The notes under the pieces were generated by a model. That model saw nothing but the letters and a program-made list of their open reading frames with translations, had not been told where the DNA came from and ran no database searches. The translations under genes and the position numbers were made by a program. 31,905 nucleotides of DNA from a virus (Duplodnaviria > Caudoviricetes), in the IMG/VR virus record IMGVR_UViG_3300005298_000080, positions 1 to 31,905 of that record, one strand, 5' to 3'. Shown piece after piece: positions 15,371 through 25,809 of the stretch (the stretch's first letter is position 1; each line of letters begins with the position of its first letter).

Positions 15371-16435
15371 ATGAACGACGCTTTGATTAACGCCTTGAAA
15401 ACCACCATTTCTGTTCATCGTAATGAGCAGCTCAAACCTGTGAAGGCCTTAGCTGGCTGGCTGAGAAAGCAAGCCGGGGTTCCTATTCCGCGAGACGAAA
15501 AGGAAGCACTGGAAGAGTTTGGCGGTTACGTTCGCGATATGTCATTTAACTTGCCGATCATGAACGCCACCTGGACGCGAGCTAGCGTTGGCGGTCACAT
15601 GATCGAAACAACGGTAGAGAGTTTTGTTGAGGAATTGAAAACGGTGTCTGGAGTTTATGAAAATGCGACGGTATTTAGGAGTGCAACGCTGGAAAATGTT
15701 ATTATCCCAATTATGGATGATACGGCTAACGATGGAGAGCTGTTGACTGGTGATCTAAACATGAGCACAACGGTCGAACCCTCTGTTGGCTCGCTGCAGT
15801 TAGGACAAAAAACAATCACGAGCTTGCCTATTACGGTCGCAGTGCCGCTCCTGAAAGATGCGGCTTTTGATGTCGAGCGTTATATCTTAGAGGCGGCTGC
15901 AAAACGGATTGGACGAAAATTGAATGCTCTTGCGACTTCGGGAACCGGTTCGAGTGGTCAGCCTACTGGTCTTGTAACACAAGCTCCGGCTCTAGTAACA
16001 GCGGCCTCAGCGACGAGCTTTACATACGACGAGCTCTTGGCACTAGTGTTCGCGGTTGATCCTGGCGTTCATCAGGTGGCCAAGTTCATGATGCACCCGG
16101 CTACGCTGAAAATTATTTTGGCGATGAGGGATGATACTGGTCAACCGATCGTTTATCGCGATCCTCTTGGCCAACTTCCGATGAAACTTTTCGGATTCCC
16201 TGTCGTGCTAAATGCCTCGATGGATCAGGTCGGAGCTAATAAGAAGGTGATCATTTTCGGTGATCTTGGTCGCTATATCATCCGTGAGCGAAATGAGCTA
16301 ACGGTGCATGTACTGAAGGAAACTTATATTAGCAAGAACGCGGTCGGTTTCCTCGTTAACTACGATTTCGACTGCGGTCCGGCCTTCACCGCTACGACTA
16401 AAACAATCGGTGCGTTGAAGATGGCGTCGAGTTAA
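15371..16435 (+). CDS. Major capsid protein, HK97 fold
   Basis: LLKDAAFDVE, GTGSSGQPTGL, MHPATL...MRDDTGQP, LFGFPV, IFGDL. Confidence 0.95.
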   Translation: MNDALINALKTTISVHRNEQLKPVKALAGWLRKQAGVPIPRDEKEALEEFGGYVRDMSFNLPIMNATWTRASVGGHMIETTVESFVEELKTVSGVYENATVFRSATLENVIIPIMDDTANDGELLTGDLNMSTTVEPSVGSLQLGQKTITSLPITVAVPLLKDAAFDVERYILEAAAKRIGRKLNALATSGTGSSGQPTGLVTQAPALVTAASATSFTYDELLALVFAVDPGVHQVAKFMMHPATLKIILAMRDDTGQPIVYRDPLGQLPMKLFGFPVVLNASMDQVGANKKVIIFGDLGRYIIRERNELTVHVLKETYISKNAVGFLVNYDFDCGPAFTATTKTIGALKMASS

Positions 16436-16450
16436 AACTTAAGATAGTTT

Positions 16451-16494
16451 TGGGGGCGGGCATATAGATATTCATAGTAGTTATCCCGCCCCCA
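16451..16494. terminator. GC-rich hairpin after the capsid gene (terminator or mRNA stabiliser)
   Basis: TGGGGGCGGG (16451-16460) / CCCGCCCCCA (16485-16494), 24-nt loop, no plus-strand U-tract. Confidence 0.45.
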
Positions 16495-16513
16495 CCCCAC
16501 AAGGGGCAAAGAT

Positions 16514-17029
16514 ATGATTCAAATCGTTTATAAAAAGTTATTGCAAGCTCACACTGTATATAGCTACGTCCGCCAAATGCTCGGTGGCGATTGGTCGGAC
16601 TCTCAACTCGACCCTTTTATCCTCGCTGCCATTGCACATTTCGAAAGACACAGTGGTTACTCGTTTAACAGATACGAAATTTGTATATTAATTACGATTG
16701 CGGAAGATGATTATTTAGGTCGTTATGTCGCTCTTCCGCTTCCTCCAGTTCAGGAAATAAAAAAGGTGGAAGGGTCGAACTATGGCGAGTTTACGGAGTT
16801 ATCAACGGATGAATATTCTGTAATGGACGCCGGAACAACTCTCATATTACCAAAAACAAATCATATTCTTTTTCGCGTCACATATACAGCCGGTTTTAGT
16901 CAGCCACCGGATGACGCTATAGGTCATGTCGCATCATTTGCATATAAATTGATAACGGAGTACAACCTTCCGCCACCTCCAGATTCAATACCCAGATTTT
17001 CATCGCCGTATCTAGAGAGACATTTATGA
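16514..17029 (+). CDS. Head-tail connector/adaptor protein
   Basis: Follows the capsid gene; LPLPPVQEIKKV and VTYTAGF motifs typical of gp6/gp15-like adaptors. Confidence 0.75.
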   Translation: MIQIVYKKLLQAHTVYSYVRQMLGGDWSDSQLDPFILAAIAHFERHSGYSFNRYEICILITIAEDDYLGRYVALPLPPVQEIKKVEGSNYGEFTELSTDEYSVMDAGTTLILPKTNHILFRVTYTAGFSQPPDDAIGHVASFAYKLITEYNLPPPPDSIPRFSSPYLERHL

Positions 17030-17352
17030 TCTACGAAATCTATTTTCTCGAGGAAAGGACACTAACGGACAGCGATACAGGTGAGACTAGGACAGAAGAG
17101 CAAACTTTATCTAGGGTATATTTAGTTCCGGATCGTTTGGACTTTATTGAAGAAGAAACCGGCAAAGGAAAAAAGACACGAGGATATTTGCGTTTAACCG
17201 TTCATAATCTAGGATTGTGGCAACGAGTAAAAACAGCAACTCGAATTAAAATTACTTTGAAGGGAAAATATCCTCAAGAGGTTATGACGTTCGCAATTCG
17301 TTCTGTATCATTTTCAGGGCCTCAGGTTACTATCGAGGCTGAAACAATATGA
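17026..17352 (+). CDS. Putative head-closure protein
   Basis: Size and position; D..GE motif near the N-terminus. Confidence 0.5.
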   Translation: MIYEIYFLEERTLTDSDTGETRTEEQTLSRVYLVPDRLDFIEEETGKGKKTRGYLRLTVHNLGLWQRVKTATRIKITLKGKYPQEVMTFAIRSVSFSGPQVTIEAETI

Positions 17353-17735
17353 TCGAGAAGCTAATCTACAACTTTTTAAATAGATATATAAGTGGAATAA
17401 AAATTAGGCCGTTGAAGGCAGATCAAATGGATACGCTCCCCCTCCTGATTTACACTGTATCGGATGCAAAAGCTATCGAAACGCTGGACGAAAAAAGAGC
17501 ATTGCATTATTCAGGAACATTTGAGCTTTGGACAACGACTATATCCGATGTCGATAACTATGTAAGTTTAATTCCCCCAGCTGATGAAATACAAATAACA
17601 GAAGGAAATGTAACCTATAAAGCGGAATTTTTCGTCGATCCTTATGTGACTGAGGAGGGAGAATTTGAAGAAGCAGCCGATGAAATAATATACAAAATTC
17701 GCATACCATTTGAGGTATTAGTTACAAGTGCTTAA
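17349..17735 (+). CDS. Putative tail terminator/completion protein
   Basis: IRPLKADQ..LPLLIY pattern, acidic, position. Confidence 0.55.
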   Translation: MIEKLIYNFLNRYISGIKIRPLKADQMDTLPLLIYTVSDAKAIETLDEKRALHYSGTFELWTTTISDVDNYVSLIPPADEIQITEGNVTYKAEFFVDPYVTEEGEFEEAADEIIYKIRIPFEVLVTSA

Positions 17736-18198
17736 GTTTGAGATTGTAAAAGACAAATTTGAGCGATTCATCCAAGTTAATCTCCAGGGACTTCGTTCTA
17801 CTGCAAGGTATCGAGTTATCAGGGCGATGCTGATGGAGATTAGAAAAGAGGCATCAGGATTATTGAGAGGAAAAGCCACTAAGGATGTTGAGAAAAAAGC
17901 AAGGAAAGTTTTATGGTATACAACAAAGCAGAAAAATCCGCGAGTTGGTTTTATCAGGCCTATACCAAAAGAAGCTGATAGAAAAAAACCAGGTGTCGGA
18001 TTATCGCACAGGAATATCCACTGGTTTGTCTTAGGAACAAAGGAGCGATATACAAGAGATGGGAAGTATAGAGGCAAAATGAATCCGTACTTTGTTGGCG
18101 TGTTACCTCAGGCAGTTGTATCAGCTCAAGAACGTGCATTGAAGCGTGCAGAAGAAGCGTTGAAAAAAGAACTGCAAAAAATTAATGCGAGGAGGTAA
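17728..18198 (+). CDS. HK97 gp10-like neck/tail-completion protein
   Basis: Basic protein with HWFVLGTKER...GKMNPYF. Confidence 0.7.
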   Translation: MLKFEIVKDKFERFIQVNLQGLRSTARYRVIRAMLMEIRKEASGLLRGKATKDVEKKARKVLWYTTKQKNPRVGFIRPIPKEADRKKPGVGLSHRNIHWFVLGTKERYTRDGKYRGKMNPYFVGVLPQAVVSAQERALKRAEEALKKELQKINARR

Positions 18199-18203
18199 AG
18201 CCT

Positions 18204-18629
18204 ATGTCAATTCTCTCTGGCCGAACTTTTTCAGTTGAGTATAGTGTGAATGCCAATGAACAATCGCCGACTTGGACCGCAGTTCCCCAGGTTGAGTCGA
18301 TCACACCACCGGAGATTTCATACGACACCGAAACCGTCGATCTCCTGGACAGTAGTGAAAAATATGGGGTTAAGGTCGTGCTAGGTTCAACTGTCGGCGA
18401 TTTGAGCGTTACCGTTAGCTATGATCCGAGTGTGCACAACAGCCTGGATGCTCTTGTTGGTGAAGAGATGTCTGAGACCACGCATCATGTAAGGATCAAG
18501 AAGGGAACAAGTGTTATTCAGGAGTTCACGTGGGTCGGTTTGTCTCGCCGAGTGCAAGAGATTTCGAAACGTGCTGTGCTTCGCTGTGAATATATTTTCC
18601 ACGTTGGTCGCCCTGTAGCTCAAACATAA
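18204..18629 (+). CDS. Major tail (tube) protein
   Basis: WTAV..VESITPP....ETVD...GDLSVTV.YDP, a siphovirus tail tube pattern. Confidence 0.75.
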   Translation: MSILSGRTFSVEYSVNANEQSPTWTAVPQVESITPPEISYDTETVDLLDSSEKYGVKVVLGSTVGDLSVTVSYDPSVHNSLDALVGEEMSETTHHVRIKKGTSVIQEFTWVGLSRRVQEISKRAVLRCEYIFHVGRPVAQT

Positions 18630-18643
18630 GATAGGGTGAGATT

Positions 18644-18961
18644 ATGTTCGAAAAGTTTAAAGTCCGCGTTCACAGTGTGCCTATTGATGTCGATGGTGAA
18701 CAGATCACCATTCACCTACGCGAGTTGCCCTTTGAAGTTGTAGCTCGAAATTATGAAAATGATAACCAGGCGGATGTTATGTTGAAATTTGTCGTTGCTT
18801 CTTTATGCAACGAAAATGGAGAACCAATTTTTGCTAATGAAGAGGAAGGGTTAAAGGAAGTTAGCAGCTGGCGATTTGATGTGATGAACAAAATCGCAGC
18901 TAAGGTTGTTGAGATTAATAGGCTAGAACCGGTCCCTTTGAATACGACCAACCCAGATTAG
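18644..18961 (+). CDS. Tail assembly chaperone (gpG-like)
   Basis: Between tail tube and tape measure; SLCNENGEPIF; slippery site near the 3' end. Confidence 0.8.
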   Translation: MFEKFKVRVHSVPIDVDGEQITIHLRELPFEVVARNYENDNQADVMLKFVVASLCNENGEPIFANEEEGLKEVSSWRFDVMNKIAAKVVEINRLEPVPLNTTNPD

Positions 18962-19095
18962 CCTTGTATCGGGTTGCTGCGAGGTTAGGGATATTTGATG
19001 TTGATGAATTAGCAAAAGAACCATACTGGAAGATTCAGGAGTGGCTACAATTCATAGAGTGGGAAGACAGACACAAACCGCCAAGTATTTTTTAG
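18934..19095 (+). CDS. -1 frameshift extension (gpT-like) of the tail chaperone; absent from the ORF track
   Basis: C CCT TTG heptamer at 18934-18940; the -1 frame reads EYDQPRLALYRVAARLGIFDVDELAKEPYWKIQEWLQFIEWEDRHKPPSIF* and stops 9 nt before the tape measure start. Confidence 0.8.
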   Translation, partial: PFEYDQPRLALYRVAARLGIFDVDELAKEPYWKIQEWLQFIEWEDRHKPPSIF

Positions 19096-19104
19096 GCAGT
19101 AGCT

Positions 19105-22100
19105 ATGCCAAACGATCTTATTGTCCGTATAGGAGCCGACACAAGCCAAGCTGAGGCTGCGTTTAAAAAATTTAGGGCTAGTGCGGAAGGGCTGGCTAAT
19201 AACTTGGCCAGCTCTTTCCGTTCTGTGGCAACACAAATAAGCGGTGCATTAGCCGCCGCGTTTTCCATTAAACAACTAGCTGATTTTGAAGAGCAGGTTC
19301 GAGCCGCAGCGATAAATTCACTCGAGGCAGTTCGTTCGTTAGGACAGTTTAGACAACGACTAGCTCTAATCGCCGCTGCAGCTTCTGAAACAGGGCAGAA
19401 TGTTGCAGAAGCCGCTGGTGAATTCTTAAACTTAGGGCACAGTGTCGAACAATTAGGTGCACTTCTAATCAGTAATTCTCGTGCCGCTAGAGCACTGGGA
19501 GTATCGACTCGTGAAGCAGCGGCAGAAATAGGACGGCTTGCTAGGGAGTGGTATGGACTAGAAGCAGGAGCCGATGCGATAGAGCGTGTAGCAAGTGAGA
19601 TTTTACGACTCACTTTGAATACGCGTGCTGGTGCTAGAGATATCATTGAAGTATTCCGAGGCGTAATTGAGGTAGGAGCACGACAGGCAGGACTACGGTT
19701 TGAAGAAGTCGCGGCACTTATTGCTCACCTAACTGAATTCGGAACACCCGCAAGAGAAATAAAGAATGTCCTAAAAGAACTCATCTTTACACTAACAGCT
19801 AATGCCTATCAGTTTGAGTTTCTCGGTATTTCAGTTCGCACCGCATCTGGTCAATTACGCCCACTAATCGAAATTATCGAGGACTTGCGTGATCGGATGC
19901 GGGCTCTTGGATTAAGCCCTGAACAACTAGCCGCCTTTTTACGTCTTCCTGAGACACTAAGACCGATCTTTTTGGAGCTTATTACTAACGTTGAGCGTTT
20001 TCGAGCACTCTTAATGGCCGCTCCTATTCCGCTCGAGGAAGTAGCAGCTCGGGCTGTTGCACCATGGAGGGAGTGGATAAATGAACTTTCGATGAGATTT
20101 GTTGCCTTAGGTGCGGGGATACAAAACTTAGCCAATGAGTTTCAGGGCTTAACGAGTCAGATAAGTGGAGTTGTTGATGCAGGAAATAGGCTACTAAAAC
20201 TGATTCTTGCTCTAGGTAGCGGTTATGGGATCTATAAGTTGTATAAGGCCTTAAGTGGTCAGCTAGTGACCGGGTTTATCAGTCTGCTTGCTCGTCCTAA
20301 TGATGCACTTATCAACTTGGCATCTACAAAATTTCTTGATGGACTTGCACTATCAGACTGGTTGGACGCCTTTTATAGACGTATGCAAAACATAGACCTT
20401 GAGGAACTTACAAAAATAGGTTTATCAAACGTCCAGGATATAAAAAATCAACAGCTAGTTATTTCACAGATCGATCAGTTTGCGACAGACCTCGAAAAGG
20501 TGTTAAGTAAGAAGGTGTTTCGTGAGAAAGGGATTTTAAGTAACGCTTTGTTAGGTTCTGTACGGTTTGATCCAACAACGTTCTTTGAGGTCCAAGCAGC
20601 CTTAAATGATGTGCAAAAATCAATTCACGATTTTTATAAGGTTGTAAGCGATAAACATTTAACAGCTGTCGAAAGAAGTAAAAAACTTGCAGCGGCCTAT
20701 GAAGATTTTACAAAAAAGGTTGTAAATGCTGTTGGTTGGATAACAAAGCTATTTAGAACTCAACCTCCAATTTTGCCAGCTCACATTCAGAAGGGTTTGT
20801 TAGAGACGCAGAAGGAGCTAGTTGGTGCGTGGAAAAGTATTTCCTCTCATATTGGGGTACTCACTGGTACAAAGAAGGGTTTTAGTTATCTCACAGGGGT
20901 CGTTTCGCTCTTCTTTACGGCTATACAAACGCATCTTTCTCGTGCCGTAAGTGATACAGAGGAAAGGCTAAAAAAGTTTTTAGAGACAACCTCTAAGTAT
21001 ATTCGGCAGTGGTGGACGACGTTAAAAACTCGCCCCTTGGACTTATTTAAACCCTCTGCTGGAACCATAACAGGTCTAAAGAATGTCCTAAATATCTTTA
21101 AGCTTATCGGAAAAGAAATCGTGCGGTCGTTTTTCACGTTAAGGGGGTGGTATGAAACATTACTCCAGGCCCTCACGTCGATTCGGCTCATGTATCGAGG
21201 AATAGCCGCTATTTCGATGGGGTTGTTTAGAGGAGGCCTTGCGATAGCAGGAAGTATGGTGGCAATTCAGGCGGTATCTGGATTACTTGACGCTATTACA
21301 TACGGCATCGGAGAAATGTGGGAGAAGTGGAGGAAGAATTTTTCATCAGCTTGGCGTGGCGTTTTGGATCCAATTTTGAGATCGAGAAAGTACATCGAAA
21401 AGGAAGCACGAGAGGCAGCGGTAACAAAAGGAGGTGTTTGGGCAGAGCAGATTAGAGAGATGAGGACATTGATGGAGAGGGTTGCAGCATTGAGGAAGGC
21501 AGGAGTTGAGTTCGTCCCTGGCTCCGAAATATTGCCTGCTATCCATGAGTTAGCCACAGCACTCGATAGGAAGATAATTGAGGCTGAGCTGGATGAAGAA
21601 AGGAAACATTTAACAGCTTTACGAAATAAGCTACTAGACATCGCCGCATTAGCTAAGGATGGAACGTTTAACACTATTGAACTTGCTAACGCTTTTGCAG
21701 AACTCGTTGCTTTTTCACCAGAATTCGAATCGTTACGCCGCGAGTTTTTAGGCTTAACCCGTGATGTCACTATCAGCCTAGATGATCTTGCTAGTGCATT
21801 TGAACAGCTTAATAAACGCTGGATTTTATTCAGAGGCGTGCTGTACGAGACCAAGAAGTCATTTGCCGAGCTAAGCCAAACGGAACAACAGATCGAGGCT
21901 CAGCGGCTTCGAGCATTACATCTAGCTGAAAGGATGCAGCGGGCACAGGAAATGATATCAGAGGCTATGCAAGGGGCCAGATCACATATGAGGGAACAGG
22001 TTGGACTATTAAAGGAAATCGTTGCAAACTTAAACGCTATTGGAAATATGCCAGATGAGATCGCGAGACAGACATTTCTAACCATCAGAGGCGTTGAAGC

Positions 22101-22692
22101 GAATATTCTTGGTTGGCGTCAGATTGCTAATGTCTTGTGGCATGAGGTTGTAAAAGGCATTGACGACTATCATCAACGGTTACGAGATGCGAGATTGGAA
22201 GCAGCATTATTAGCTCAAGGATTTAGAGGAGCGGCATTTGAACGCGAGAAACAAATTGCCCGTTATATGCGTGAGGGAGTGCCACGAGACTGGATTGCCC
22301 CGTTGATTGAGGCCACAGATCGGATGGAACGATCAGTGGAGAGAGTCAAAAATGCGTTTGCTGAAATGGAAAATGCTTGGAAACAATCGGCCGCCGGAGC
22401 TGTTGCAGAACTTAGGGCGACAGTTGAGGCACTAAAAGATATAGCAGGCGTACATGAGGCGATTCGATATTTGTGGTTTAAAGAGCAAGAGACAAGAAAA
22501 GAATTATTAAGAAACTTCCGCCTTGAAGCACCCCCAGCTGCAATATTAGGTACCCGCGAAGCATACTCAGCGATCATTAGGGCGGCTTTACAACTCATGC
22601 AACCACAGGATGAGCAGCTACGAACATTGCAAGCAATACTGAATGAATGCCGACAAACTAGACTTATTCTACAACAGCAAGCACAGCAATGA
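19105..22692 (+). CDS. Tail tape measure protein
   Basis: 1195 aa, helical and Ala-rich; N-terminal LIVRIGADTS; LGISVRTASGQLRPL; position. Confidence 0.92.
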   Translation: MPNDLIVRIGADTSQAEAAFKKFRASAEGLANNLASSFRSVATQISGALAAAFSIKQLADFEEQVRAAAINSLEAVRSLGQFRQRLALIAAAASETGQNVAEAAGEFLNLGHSVEQLGALLISNSRAARALGVSTREAAAEIGRLAREWYGLEAGADAIERVASEILRLTLNTRAGARDIIEVFRGVIEVGARQAGLRFEEVAALIAHLTEFGTPAREIKNVLKELIFTLTANAYQFEFLGISVRTASGQLRPLIEIIEDLRDRMRALGLSPEQLAAFLRLPETLRPIFLELITNVERFRALLMAAPIPLEEVAARAVAPWREWINELSMRFVALGAGIQNLANEFQGLTSQISGVVDAGNRLLKLILALGSGYGIYKLYKALSGQLVTGFISLLARPNDALINLASTKFLDGLALSDWLDAFYRRMQNIDLEELTKIGLSNVQDIKNQQLVISQIDQFATDLEKVLSKKVFREKGILSNALLGSVRFDPTTFFEVQAALNDVQKSIHDFYKVVSDKHLTAVERSKKLAAAYEDFTKKVVNAVGWITKLFRTQPPILPAHIQKGLLETQKELVGAWKSISSHIGVLTGTKKGFSYLTGVVSLFFTAIQTHLSRAVSDTEERLKKFLETTSKYIRQWWTTLKTRPLDLFKPSAGTITGLKNVLNIFKLIGKEIVRSFFTLRGWYETLLQALTSIRLMYRGIAAISMGLFRGGLAIAGSMVAIQAVSGLLDAITYGIGEMWEKWRKNFSSAWRGVLDPILRSRKYIEKEAREAAVTKGGVWAEQIREMRTLMERVAALRKAGVEFVPGSEILPAIHELATALDRKIIEAELDEERKHLTALRNKLLDIAALAKDGTFNTIELANAFAELVAFSPEFESLRREFLGLTRDVTISLDDLASAFEQLNKRWILFRGVLYETKKSFAELSQTEQQIEAQRLRALHLAERMQRAQEMISEAMQGARSHMREQVGLLKEIVANLNAIGNMPDEIARQTFLTIRGVEANILGWRQIANVLWHEVVKGIDDYHQRLRDARLEAALLAQGFRGAAFEREKQIARYMREGVPRDWIAPLIEATDRMERSVERVKNAFAEMENAWKQSAAGAVAELRATVEALKDIAGVHEAIRYLWFKEQETRKELLRNFRLEAPPAAILGTREAYSAIIRAALQLMQPQDEQLRTLQAILNECRQTRLILQQQAQQ

Positions 22693-23555
22693 GCGTAACC
22701 TGGAAGCAAATTAGATTTTTAGAGTATTCGAAAGCTAAAGGCGGACTGTTCGGAGATTATCGTGCAGCTGAGGAGTTTTTAGCTATTGCTCCACCCACTA
22801 TGACGATCAAGGAGGTGTTAGAGGATACAAACGCACCAAAGTTAGGTCAGAGTTGGTCGCAGGATAATAAGCTGAAGTGTGTGGATGTTAGGGCAGAGTT
22901 GATTAAGCCTGGCTATTTTAGAGTCAGGGCAGAGTATCAAATTCCGGAGTTAGTTGGTCGAGCTGGCGGACTAATTTATATCGTGCCTGTTGAACGGCCA
23001 CCTGTTATCAGGTGGGATACGCATACGGTTAGGAAGGTGATTGAAAAGGATTTAAACAATCAGTGGGTGCTAAATTCTGCTGGTGATAAATTTGATCCAC
23101 CATTGGAGGTCGATTGGGCCTATCCACAAGTGACTGTCGAGGTGCCGGTGCTAGAACTACCTGTCGGAGTCTGGAGCTATCTGAATGCAATCAACTCGCA
23201 GAGCTGGGAAATTGATGGTTACACAATCTCAGCTCGTTGTGCCAAGCTTGTTTCGATGTCTTTGTCAGAGTGGCAATTTGAGGAATGGGAAGGCGAGCTT
23301 TACCCATATCGAATTTTCTCATATACGGCCTTACTTCAGAGTACATCGTGGCAGCCTAAGGTGCTTGACTGCGGGTTTAGAGAAAGGGTGGATGGAGAGT
23401 TACGGCAGATCATTCTACCTAACGGCATGGCACCTAGTTCACCGGTTCTACTAGATGGTCAGGGGAGGGCACAACTGCAGCCAAACGCACAGCCCGTTTA
23501 CCTAGATTTTACAGTATTTTATGAGCTTGATTTTAACCTTTTACCGCCACAGTAG
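22689..23555 (+). CDS. Putative distal tail/baseplate protein
   Basis: First gene after the tape measure; NSAGDKFDPPLEVD, LDCGFR and PVLLDGQG motifs. Confidence 0.6.
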   Translation: MSVTWKQIRFLEYSKAKGGLFGDYRAAEEFLAIAPPTMTIKEVLEDTNAPKLGQSWSQDNKLKCVDVRAELIKPGYFRVRAEYQIPELVGRAGGLIYIVPVERPPVIRWDTHTVRKVIEKDLNNQWVLNSAGDKFDPPLEVDWAYPQVTVEVPVLELPVGVWSYLNAINSQSWEIDGYTISARCAKLVSMSLSEWQFEEWEGELYPYRIFSYTALLQSTSWQPKVLDCGFRERVDGELRQIILPNGMAPSSPVLLDGQGRAQLQPNAQPVYLDFTVFYELDFNLLPPQ

Positions 23556-23652
23556 ACCTAAAATGACCCTAAATTTTGCATTTGGAACCTAGCTTCCAAC
23601 AACAAAACTTACCCCATTTTTTGAGCCTTTTTAGCTCGAAAAAAGCTTACAC

Positions 23653-25809
23653 ATGTTCATCAACAGAGAAGAAAAGAAGTGGTTAAGGAAGAAAATTGAG
23701 GAAGAGAAACAAAAAGGCGGGCAGGGTGTACCGCCTCAGGAACCAGTATCGCAACAGCTTCCCGCATATGATCTCGTTGATGGTGTTTATCGGCAGAAAG
23801 GGACAAAAGACTACGCAAAGTACGTTAACTATGTACGTGGAGCTAGGCCAGAAGAAGAAAGAGATGGCCTTGAGTTTTCTCCTGAGCAATATGGACAGCC
23901 AACGCAGCTAGTTCCCGGCCATGAAATCCTTCTTCAATGGGATCAAAATAAAAACAAATTCATTCTTTTGCAAGGGGGGATCAACTTAGTATACGGTAAG
24001 GTTAAGCGGGTTTCTGGTTGGAGCGGGGGATACAATGAGGTCGATGTTGTAGTTGCTGAGCCACCACAATATGCTGGGATACATGTTAAAGCTCGCTGTG
24101 CAAAATCAATTAGAGCTGGTTGTGAGGTTAGTTGTGAATATTCAGGGGGGAGGTGGTGGGTAGTCGAAATTCATCGCTGCCCTCCGGTTTCGACAACGAC
24201 AACTACCACAACAACAACTCCTGAACCTGTACAATGTGAAGGTCATTGTCGTTGGATATGTCAAAATGGATATTGGGTTAAAGAGGGTGGTTCTTGTCCT
24301 GATGGTTGTGTTTGTGAAAACCCGCCGTCTGAACATTGCTCAGAGGAAGGCGAGCGGCTTCATACTCGCTGCGTCCCTGGAAAGCCGGATGATGAAGTAA
24401 ATTGTGATAACGGACATTGCAGGTGGGTATGTCGTGAAGTTGCTGGTCATTTCTTCTGGCAACTCTATTCCGCGGATTGCCCCGCTGAGTGTGCATGCCA
24501 AGCTCCAGATATTCCATGCCAATCGGATGGAACAGCAAGCTACGTAGGATGCCAGCGAAGGGATGATAAAAAATGTGAGTCGTCTTTTGCTCGCTGGGAT
24601 TGGGTACAGACCGGTGAAACATACTCGGAAGGTGTTTGGGTAGAGACTGAACCCTGCCCCGCTGGTTGTAAAAGCTGCCCACCTACTTTTTGCTGCGACG
24701 ATGAAACTGTAAGCGGTGAACCAGAGTGTAAATACACGCTCGTTCAGTGCGTTCCTACCGACCAACCGTGCTCGAAGGATCAGTTTCCAGAAGGTAGAGA
24801 TTGCCAACCTCCTCCACCGCCTCCTCCTCCACCTCCCCCACCTGAACACTGCGAAGGAACTTGTCGGTGGTACTTCATGGGACCTGGATATGACTATGCC
24901 TTCTTAGAGGAGTCAACCTGTCCCAGCGATTGTTACTGTTGTCCGCCAACTCACTTTTGTGACGCTCTAGAACAGGGATACATTTTTGATACGACTTGCG
25001 TATCAAGTGAAGGTGACTGCGGTGATGAAATCCCTCCCGAATGCGATGGGTCTGACGAAGAGCATGAACCAAAACCACTAGAACCAGAGGATCCGTTATG
25101 TGGTCCGTTCCCAGAGGGGCATCCTTGTTGTAACGAACGAGAAGAAGATAGTGGTTCGCAAGGAGGGGGAGGCGAACCGTGTAGGTGTAAAGAGGATGAA
25201 GGTAATAAGTGTCTATGGTACCGTGATCCTTTAGGCCATTATCAGCTTGTAGAAACGAACTGCTGTTATAACTGCCCCTGTGAACCAGCACCACCATTAG
25301 AAATATGTCAATTTGGTGAGTCTCGTTGTAGCCCTCGCCCTGCTACACCTCCGCCTGCACCTAAGAAATATTGTGCTGGAGGATGTATATGGCTTTTCTA
25401 CAAAGGATATAAAGATGAAATCGGGAGTTGGATTAAAATTGGGGGAACTTGTCACCCTGGTGATGCTGAAGAATGTTCGTATAAAACTTGGAATGGAAAA
25501 ATTCGAAAAACAAAATGCCTCGACTGTGTTTGCGAGGCTCCACAATCCAAGACCTTCCCTTGCGTTGGTCACTGTGTATGGAAGTATCAAAACGGGATAT
25601 GGGTTCAGACTGCCAACTGCCAAAATGCGGGAGATGATGACGGTTGTAGCTGTCCAGAAGTCGACTTCCCGCCTAATCCGCAAGAAGGGGATATTTTCTC
25701 GGCATGCTGTGAGGGCTACAACTCGCAACCTAATTGTGGTGATGTCATAGGAACTCCGTGTATATGTGTGTGTCCAGAAATTGACTGCACTGCTAATGCC
25801 CTATCATGA
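23653..25809 (+). CDS. Cys-rich modular tail-region protein 1 (718 aa)
   Basis: N-terminal domain, Thr linker, then about 7 C-x-G-x-C-x-W...W...C-P-x-x-C-x-C-x-x-P modules with Pro/acidic linkers. Confidence 0.7.
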   Translation: MFINREEKKWLRKKIEEEKQKGGQGVPPQEPVSQQLPAYDLVDGVYRQKGTKDYAKYVNYVRGARPEEERDGLEFSPEQYGQPTQLVPGHEILLQWDQNKNKFILLQGGINLVYGKVKRVSGWSGGYNEVDVVVAEPPQYAGIHVKARCAKSIRAGCEVSCEYSGGRWWVVEIHRCPPVSTTTTTTTTTPEPVQCEGHCRWICQNGYWVKEGGSCPDGCVCENPPSEHCSEEGERLHTRCVPGKPDDEVNCDNGHCRWVCREVAGHFFWQLYSADCPAECACQAPDIPCQSDGTASYVGCQRRDDKKCESSFARWDWVQTGETYSEGVWVETEPCPAGCKSCPPTFCCDDETVSGEPECKYTLVQCVPTDQPCSKDQFPEGRDCQPPPPPPPPPPPPEHCEGTCRWYFMGPGYDYAFLEESTCPSDCYCCPPTHFCDALEQGYIFDTTCVSSEGDCGDEIPPECDGSDEEHEPKPLEPEDPLCGPFPEGHPCCNEREEDSGSQGGGGEPCRCKEDEGNKCLWYRDPLGHYQLVETNCCYNCPCEPAPPLEICQFGESRCSPRPATPPPAPKKYCAGGCIWLFYKGYKDEIGSWIKIGGTCHPGDAEECSYKTWNGKIRKTKCLDCVCEAPQSKTFPCVGHCVWKYQNGIWVQTANCQNAGDDDGCSCPEVDFPPNPQEGDIFSACCEGYNSQPNCGDVIGTPCICVCPEIDCTANALS

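Noticed and set aside
19045-22709. Minus-strand ORFs within the tape measure gene, and similar alternative-frame ORFs elsewhere
   Set aside because: They overlap well-supported genes and have no motifs; typical shadow ORFs.
23585-23645. Two small hairpins before Cys-rich gene 1 as a firm terminator
   Set aside because: Stems are short and AT-rich (TTGGAA/TTCCAA; TTTTGAGC/GCTCGAAA); not enough support.
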